Source: Candidatus Parcubacteria bacterium (GTDB lineage: Bacteria; Patescibacteriota; Microgenomatia; UBA12405). Taken from it: a stretch of DNA of 64,000 nt. The notes below the pieces were generated by a model, which saw only the letters and a program-made list of their open reading frames with translations, was not told where the DNA came from and searched no databases. Location of the stretch: assembly GCA_023396915.1 (NCBI GenBank), contig JAEWUV010000007.1:146077-210076 (forward strand), written 5' to 3'. A program made the position numbers and the translations under genes. The stretch's first letter is position 1. The number at the start of each line of letters is the position of its first letter. Shown in pieces: positions 57,902 to 64,000 of the stretch.

Positions 57902-59224
57902 ATGCCAGAAAATAACCAAAATGAATTAGTCAGTAAAATCGTTAGCCTCTGCAAACGCAGGGGAATTATTTTTCAAAACTCAGAAATTTATGGTGGTGTT
58001 CAGGGTTTTTACGATTACGGACCAGTCGGATCACTGATGAAAAAAAATTGGAAAGATTTATGGATTCACGATAATGTTACCTCTCGTCGCGATGTAGTCA
58101 TGATTGACGGATCTATCATCACTCATCCAACTGTTTGGCAAGCCTCAGGCCATGTCAAAAATTTTGCCGACATTATGGTCGAATGTAAAAAATGCCACAA
58201 ACGTTTTCGACCCGACTTGCTTGATGATTCCACCAAGTGCCCAGAATGTGGTGGTGAATTTACTGAAGGTCGCAAATATAATATTTTATTTGAAACCGAA
58301 ATTGGAGTTATTGAAGGTGAAAAACTTCATGCCTATTTACGTGGTGAAGCTTGCCAAACTATTTATTTAGACTTTAAAAATATAGTCGATTCTACCCGTG
58401 TCAAAATACCATTTGGTATCGCTCAAATTGGAAAAGCTTTCCGAAATGAAATTACTCCCAAAAATTTTCTTTATCGTACCCGAGAATTCGAACAATGGGA
58501 TATTCAATATTTTGTTCATCCGTCAGAAATGGACAAATGGTATGAATACTGGAAAGAGACTCGTATGAGTTGGTATCAATCAATTTTTAATAATTCTAAA
58601 AATCTTAGATTCCGACAACATGCTTCAGACGAATTAGCTTTTTATGCCAAAAAAGCCTTCGATATCGAATACAACGCCCCTTGGGGTTGGGCCGAAATGG
58701 AAGGTATTCATTGGCGATCAGATTACGACTTAACTCAACATTCCAAATTTAGTGGTAAAGACCTATCTTATATTGACCCGGAAACTCACGAAAAATACGT
58801 TCCCCACATTACCGAAACTTCCGGCGGTGTCGACCGTAGTTTTTTCTTTTTACTTTTAGACGCTTATAACGAAGAAAAAACCGAATCCGGAGACATACGT
58901 ACCGTATTAAAAATTAATCCTAAAGTTTCTGCCTACAAGATGGCTATTTTTCCACTTGCTAGCAACAAACCAGAATTAGTCGACAAATCAAAAACCATTT
59001 TTGAAAAACTTGTTCAAAAATATTCTGTCGACTATGACGACTCTAGTAATATTGGTAAAAAATATCGTCGCCAGGACGAAATCGGTACACCCTGGTGCGT
59101 CGTCGTCGACTATCAAACACTAGAAGACAACACTGTTTCTATTCGCGACCGAGACACTATGAAACAAATCCGTCTAAATGCTGACGAAATTGACACTTGG
59201 CTTGAAAAAGAGTTAAATAAATAG
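57902..59224 (+). CDS. glyQS: glycine--tRNA ligase (alpha2 dimeric type)
   Basis: IYGGVQGFYDYGPVG...WQASGHV...GIAQIGKAFRNEITP...ETSGGVDR. Confidence 0.9.
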   Translation: MPENNQNELVSKIVSLCKRRGIIFQNSEIYGGVQGFYDYGPVGSLMKKNWKDLWIHDNVTSRRDVVMIDGSIITHPTVWQASGHVKNFADIMVECKKCHKRFRPDLLDDSTKCPECGGEFTEGRKYNILFETEIGVIEGEKLHAYLRGEACQTIYLDFKNIVDSTRVKIPFGIAQIGKAFRNEITPKNFLYRTREFEQWDIQYFVHPSEMDKWYEYWKETRMSWYQSIFNNSKNLRFRQHASDELAFYAKKAFDIEYNAPWGWAEMEGIHWRSDYDLTQHSKFSGKDLSYIDPETHEKYVPHITETSGGVDRSFFFLLLDAYNEEKTESGDIRTVLKINPKVSAYKMAIFPLASNKPELVDKSKTIFEKLVQKYSVDYDDSSNIGKKYRRQDEIGTPWCVVVDYQTLEDNTVSIRDRDTMKQIRLNADEIDTWLEKELNK

Positions 59225-59225
59225 T

Positions 59226-59933
59226 ATGAAAAAACTAAAATTTTTATCCCTGTTTATAACCGTATTAGCTTCGTCTTTTATTTTGTCAGGTTGTGGTAAA
59301 AAGGATACCAGTAATACCTCCAACACTAACACTGCTAATTCTAAACAAAACAGTGAATTAGTTTTGCAAGATTCAGAAAAACCAATTATTTCTTTAATTC
59401 CTCGAGCCGACGGCCACGAGCTTAAACTCAAAATCGAAAATATCCCCTCAAATGTTAGTCAAATTGAGTATGAATTAATCTATTCAGCCACCGACAGTGG
59501 TTTAACTATGGAAAAAGGAGTAGGGGATACTGTTAAAATCAGCTCTTCTTCAATTGAAAAAGACCTTTTATTGGGTACTGCCAGTTGTACTAACGGCTGT
59601 AAATATAAATACGATGAGAATGTCGATAGCGGCACCTTAACCTTGTACCTTTATACCGATGACAATCAAAGCACCACTTTTGAGACACCTTTTATTCTTA
59701 CCACTTCCTCTAAAATTAAAACCAATAGCGGATTTAGTTTAGACACCCAGAATTTTTCCGTCAAAGCTACTACCACTACTAAAAGCGATTACTTCGTAGT
59801 TATCAAAAATTATCCTAGCTATTACTCCGTTTTTTCTAGTGGAACTGGCGCTGGTAAAGTCACCTCCATTACTCCCGACACAGTCACTAAGGATGATATG
59901 ACTTCACTTGTCGGCAACTATAAAATCCAATAA
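59226..59933 (+). CDS. hypothetical lipoprotein
   Basis: Signal peptide with lipobox ILSGC, Ser/Thr/Asn-rich linker. Confidence 0.6.
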   Translation: MKKLKFLSLFITVLASSFILSGCGKKDTSNTSNTNTANSKQNSELVLQDSEKPIISLIPRADGHELKLKIENIPSNVSQIEYELIYSATDSGLTMEKGVGDTVKISSSSIEKDLLLGTASCTNGCKYKYDENVDSGTLTLYLYTDDNQSTTFETPFILTTSSKIKTNSGFSLDTQNFSVKATTTTKSDYFVVIKNYPSYYSVFSSGTGAGKVTSITPDTVTKDDMTSLVGNYKIQ

Positions 59934-60808
59934 TGGACTATCACACACCGGTACTATTAACAGAAACCATCGATGTTCTAGAAGTTAATCCAAATAAGGT
60001 TTTTGTTGATGTTACTTTGGGTCACGGTGGTCATACTATCGAAATTCTTAAAAACGGAGCCGAGGTTTATGGTTTTGACCAAGACCCCATAAACTTAAAA
60101 ATTGCCACCGACAGAATCACCCAACTTAATCTTTCTTCAAAATTTCATCCCATCCATGCTAATTTCAACCAACTAAAAAATATTTTCAATCAACAAATCA
60201 AAATCAAAGTCGACGGGTTACTGGCTGATTTGGGTTTAAGTCAAAATCAACAAACCGGCCAAGACAGGGGTTTTTCATTTAATGACCCAAACTCTTTGGA
60301 TATGCGACTTGATTCACAAAAGCAAAATTTAACCGCCGAAGAGATTATTAATACTTACTCCTTCGATGACCTTTATCAAATATTTACTAAATACGCCCAA
60401 GAGCTTTATGCCAAACCAATAATCCTCAGAATTATTCGCCAACGCCAACAATCACCAATTAAATCAGGCCAAAGATTAGCTGAAATTATTAACAACTACT
60501 ACCGGGAACATCACATAAAAACAAAAATAAATCCGGCCACTAAGATTTTTATGAGCTTACGAATTGCCGCTAACAACGAATTTTTTAACCTTTCTCAATT
60601 GTTGGAACAAAGTCTTTCAATAGTCAAAAATAATGGCACAGTTGCCATTATTACCTTTCACTCCGGTGAAGATAGAATTGTCAAAAATTTCATCTCATAT
60701 CATCAAAAACAAATAATTGCCCAAAAACCGGTAAAACCTAGTAAACAAGAAATCCTTAAAAACCCTTTATCTCGCTCAAGTACCCTAAGAGCGTATAAAA
60801 TAATTTAA
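59933..60808 (+). CDS. rsmH: 16S rRNA (cytosine1402-N4)-methyltransferase RsmH/MraW
   Basis: YHTPVLLTETID...VDVTLGHGGHT...GFDQDP. Confidence 0.85.
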   Translation: MDYHTPVLLTETIDVLEVNPNKVFVDVTLGHGGHTIEILKNGAEVYGFDQDPINLKIATDRITQLNLSSKFHPIHANFNQLKNIFNQQIKIKVDGLLADLGLSQNQQTGQDRGFSFNDPNSLDMRLDSQKQNLTAEEIINTYSFDDLYQIFTKYAQELYAKPIILRIIRQRQQSPIKSGQRLAEIINNYYREHHIKTKINPATKIFMSLRIAANNEFFNLSQLLEQSLSIVKNNGTVAIITFHSGEDRIVKNFISYHQKQIIAQKPVKPSKQEILKNPLSRSSTLRAYKII

Positions 60809-61059
60809 TGCCTAAAATTTTTACCGCGATTATTATTGCTAGCTTAATTCTTCAGATAATCTTTTCTTTTTTTTACTCCAACGAAATTTTGACCCAAAAT
60901 AGTCAGCTTAATCAATCTCAATCGAAAATTGAAATAAATTCATTAGAAATTGAAACACTCCAAAAACAAGCCTCTGACTTATCATCTATTCATCTTCTGA
61001 ACCAAAGTACTCCCTCAGCTTCTTATAATTTTATTAATCAGTCATTAACCGTCAACTAA
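60808..61059 (+). CDS. ftsL: FtsL-like small single-TM division protein
   Basis: 83 aa, N-terminal TM, lies between rsmH and ftsI. Confidence 0.45.
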   Translation: MPKIFTAIIIASLILQIIFSFFYSNEILTQNSQLNQSQSKIEINSLEIETLQKQASDLSSIHLLNQSTPSASYNFINQSLTVN

Positions 61060-61062
61060 TAA

Positions 61063-62715
61063 ATGTCTCGCTATAAAATTATTCTTATTAGTTTTTTATT
61101 TTGTTTTTTTGTAATTAGTTGTCGTCTTTTTTATTGGCAAGTAATTAAAAGTTCAGAATATAGTCAAAAAGCCAATAATCAAACTTATAAAATGGAAGTA
61201 AGCAAACCTACTCGTGGTTTAATTTACTCATCAGATGAATTTCCCCTAGCCGTCAATCAAACTGATTATGTTGTTTCTCTTTATAAACCTAATTTTAAAC
61301 AAAATACCGAGTCGGTTTATCAACAAATTGAGCAAATCCACCCCGGATTCATTCGCGACAATCAAAATCTTCTAGAAAATTTTAGCAAAAATGACCGGCA
61401 ACTTTGGATCGATTTAAACACTTTTTTTAATAAACCTGAATCTGAACAACTGGCTCAAATTCCAGGAATAACAGTAAGTCAACTCAAATCACGTTATTAT
61501 CCGGAAGGGGATTTGGCCCAAAACATTCTTGGGTTTATTGCCAAAAACACTCAAGGTAATTACATCGGATATGGTGGACTAGAAAATTATTACAATAAAC
61601 AACTCCAGGGGAAAACCGGTTTTACTTGGGCTCCTCAAGACGCCACTGGTAAAACTATTCTAACCAAAAAAAGCTGGAATTCTCCGACATATGACGGCAA
61701 CAATCTTTACACTTCTATAAACAGAGCTGTTCAACACTTAGTGGAAGCTACCATAACTCAAGGAGTTGAAAAATATCAAGCCGATTCTGGGTCCGTCAGT
61801 GTAATGGAAAGCGGTACCGGACGAATAATTGCCATGGCTAGTATTACTGCTACTTCTTCTGCCACTCCCAGTGCATCAAAAAATCCGGCTATTTCTGATC
61901 TTTTTGAACCAGGATCAATTTTTAAACCAATAATCATGACCATGGCTCTAGATCAAAAATCTATTAACACTGATTTTATTTGTACTGAATGTAGTCATTC
62001 TAGAACCATTGGCCAATATACTATTAGCAACTGGGATAATTCAGTCCACCCTGATTCGACTCTCAAAGACATCATCAAAAATTCCGACAATATCGGTATG
62101 AGTTATATTATTACTCAACTAGGACTAGATAACTTTTTAAAATATTATCAAAAACTAGGATTAAATCAAAAAACCGGTATTGACCTCCAAGGAGAAACAC
62201 GTCCTACCCTAAAAAGTTCCTGGCCGGAAATAGATTTAGCCACTGCTTCTTTTGGACAAGGCATAGTTGTCACTCAAATCAATATGCTTAGAAGTTTCAA
62301 TACTATTGCTAATGATGGAATTATGGTTAATCCAACCATAGTTGATTACTATACTGACTATTTAAACAAAAAAACCGTACCTAAAAACAGAAATGAACAA
62401 ACCCGTGTTTTTTCCCAAGAATCAGTTTCTCAAATGAAAGAAATTCTAAAATATGCGGTCGAAAATGGAGTAGTCGACCAATTCCGCCCCGACGATCTTG
62501 AAGTTTGCGCCAAAAGCGGAACTGCCCAAATTGCTGTTAAGGGTAATTACACCGATTCCGCCACTATTGCCTCTTATATCGGTTTTACCCCTTGTGATAA
62601 TCCAAAATTTACCATGATTGTTACCATTAACAACCCAAGATCATCACCTTGGGGTTCAAGTACTGCCGCTCCTATTTGGTATGAGCTAGCTTCAAAAATT
62701 AGATTTTTGTTATAA
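61063..62715 (+). CDS. ftsI: penicillin-binding protein 2B / FtsI transpeptidase
   Basis: N-terminal TM, GSIFKP (SxxK), ...KSGTAQ (KTG-like). Confidence 0.8.
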   Translation: MSRYKIILISFLFCFFVISCRLFYWQVIKSSEYSQKANNQTYKMEVSKPTRGLIYSSDEFPLAVNQTDYVVSLYKPNFKQNTESVYQQIEQIHPGFIRDNQNLLENFSKNDRQLWIDLNTFFNKPESEQLAQIPGITVSQLKSRYYPEGDLAQNILGFIAKNTQGNYIGYGGLENYYNKQLQGKTGFTWAPQDATGKTILTKKSWNSPTYDGNNLYTSINRAVQHLVEATITQGVEKYQADSGSVSVMESGTGRIIAMASITATSSATPSASKNPAISDLFEPGSIFKPIIMTMALDQKSINTDFICTECSHSRTIGQYTISNWDNSVHPDSTLKDIIKNSDNIGMSYIITQLGLDNFLKYYQKLGLNQKTGIDLQGETRPTLKSSWPEIDLATASFGQGIVVTQINMLRSFNTIANDGIMVNPTIVDYYTDYLNKKTVPKNRNEQTRVFSQESVSQMKEILKYAVENGVVDQFRPDDLEVCAKSGTAQIAVKGNYTDSATIASYIGFTPCDNPKFTMIVTINNPRSSPWGSSTAAPIWYELASKIRFLL

Positions 62716-62726
62716 TTAACAACTAA

Positions 62727-64000
62727 ATGACATCAAAATCAATAAATTTTTATATTCAAAAAATAAAAAATATCTTTTGGCATTACCCTAAAAATATTTT
62801 TCTTACTCTTAAATATCATCATCCAGCCAAAAAACTTACTTTAATCGGAGTAACCGGAACCGACGGAAAAACAACTACCTGCACTCTTATCTACGAAACT
62901 CTAAAAAAAGCCGGAATTAACGCGGGGTTAATCACTACTATTGGAGCTAAATTTGGCAACGACAAAGAAATTGACACTGGTCTGCACATGACCAGCCCAG
63001 ATCCGTATCTCATCCAACAAATTCTGAGTCAAATGTTAAAAGCCGGCGTTACTCATGTTGTCTGTGAAGTCACCGCCCACGCTCTTGACCAACATCGCTT
63101 TTATGGTTGCCATTTCCAAGTTGCTTTAATCACCAACACCTCACACGAACACTTAGATTATTTCCTTAATATGGAAAATTACATCCAGGCAAAAAGTAAA
63201 CTCTTTACACAAGCCAAGTTTTCAATCTTTAACAAAGACGACCCCTCGTTCAAACTTTTGATATCAAAATTCCCCAAGGCCAGAACTTACAGCATTGACA
63301 AAAAATCTGATTTTCAGGCTAAAAAAGTTCAGATAACTCCTCAAAAAGTAACTTTTTCTGTTAACCAACAAAAAATCACTACGGACACCATCTATCGCTA
63401 CCAAATTTACAACATTCTGGCTACACTGGCCACAATCTCTCAATTAAATATCGACACTGACTATCTTGTTAAGACAGTAATAAATTTTCCTCTTACCAAA
63501 GGACGCCGTGAAGAAATTACCAATGATTTAGGAATAAAAGCCATTATTGATTTTGCCCACACCCCTAACGCTATCGAAAACACGCTATCTTCTCTCCAAA
63601 CAATTAAACAAGCAAAAATTATCGCTCTTTTTGGAGCCACTGGCGGACGGGATCAGAGTAAGCGCCCGGAAATGGGGCTAGCCGCTTCAAAATTTGCCGA
63701 CATAGCCATAATTACTGCCGATGATACTAGAAATGAAAAAATTGATGATATTAATAAACAAATAATCAGTGGTATCCCCAAAAACAGTCTCCTAATTGAA
63801 TCTACTAATATTTCCCAAATCAAAAAAATTATCAAGGATAACCCTAAAAAATTTATTTATTTCAATATTCCCAACCGTCAAGACGCTTTTAATCTAAGCA
63901 TTAAACTAAGTCAACCAAAAGACATCGTCATTGCCATGGGTAAAGGCCATGAAACCACTATTCTTCATGGGCAAACCGAATACCCTTGGTCAGAAAGTGA
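62727..64000 (+). CDS. murE: UDP-N-acetylmuramoyl-tripeptide ligase MurE (3'-truncated by window end)
   Basis: GVTGTDGKTTT, TAHALDQHRF, DDTRNE (DNPR-like), GGRDQSKRPEMG. Confidence 0.75.
   Translation, partial: MTSKSINFYIQKIKNIFWHYPKNIFLTLKYHHPAKKLTLIGVTGTDGKTTTCTLIYETLKKAGINAGLITTIGAKFGNDKEIDTGLHMTSPDPYLIQQILSQMLKAGVTHVVCEVTAHALDQHRFYGCHFQVALITNTSHEHLDYFLNMENYIQAKSKLFTQAKFSIFNKDDPSFKLLISKFPKARTYSIDKKSDFQAKKVQITPQKVTFSVNQQKITTDTIYRYQIYNILATLATISQLNIDTDYLVKTVINFPLTKGRREEITNDLGIKAIIDFAHTPNAIENTLSSLQTIKQAKIIALFGATGGRDQSKRPEMGLAASKFADIAIITADDTRNEKIDDINKQIISGIPKNSLLIESTNISQIKKIIKDNPKKFIYFNIPNRQDAFNLSIKLSQPKDIVIAMGKGHETTILHGQTEYPWSES

Overview
This is an AT-rich (about 30% GC) bacterial segment. 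Its gene content (many glycosyltransferases, compact overlapping operons, short RecO, dcw cluster) resembles a small-genome uncultivated lineage such as Patescibacteria/CPR, but that assignment is inference. I found no rRNA, tRNA or CRISPR. The window contains, in order:

- **1-12.4 kb, minus strand:** a sugar-nucleotide operon. It carries rfbF-like glucose-1-P cytidylyltransferase, rfbG-like 4,6-dehydratase, short-chain reductases and an acetolactate-synthase-like TPP enzyme. It also holds an unexpected triad of 3-dehydroquinate-synthase-like sugar-phosphate cyclase, HAD-IIB phosphatase and P-loop kinase. A convergent NeuB-family PEP-aldolase gene sits at its upstream end.
- **12.4-23.4 kb:** a glycosyltransferase block showing decay and rearrangement. 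A GT4 gene is split by a 1.4-kb insertion carrying an AAA_14/DUF4143 ATPase gene, a terminator hairpin and tandem 25-bp repeats. A GT8 gene has an in-frame TAA. A GT2/GT-C polyprenyl-phosphate-sugar operon contains three unknown small genes, one with a caspase-like His/Cys arrangement.
- **24.25-27.9 kb:** a distinctly GC-richer island, probably horizontally acquired. It has three tandem paralogous small winged-helix proteins, a 574-aa orphan protein, a GC-rich structured non-coding stretch and a membrane-anchored protein.
- **28.1-33 kb:** ugd, an Nramp-like transporter, galE and metK.
- **34-51 kb, plus strand:** a large polysaccharide locus with at least ten GT2/GT4 genes, two acetyltransferases, an O-antigen-ligase-like protein, a ManC-like gene, a WbaP-type sugar transferase and a DUF4012 protein.
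- **51-64 kb:** recO, a purT-purQ-purSL block, glyQS, and the dcw cluster (rsmH, ftsL, ftsI, murE).

The most unusual finding is a 37-bp GC-rich palindromic element present four times between 31.9 and 38.6 kb. Each copy is inserted in-frame into a protein-coding gene, in three different reading frames or orientations. One copy replaces the C-terminus of metK. Two copies sit at the inter-domain linkers of GT4 enzymes, and one sits at the N-terminus of a GT2.
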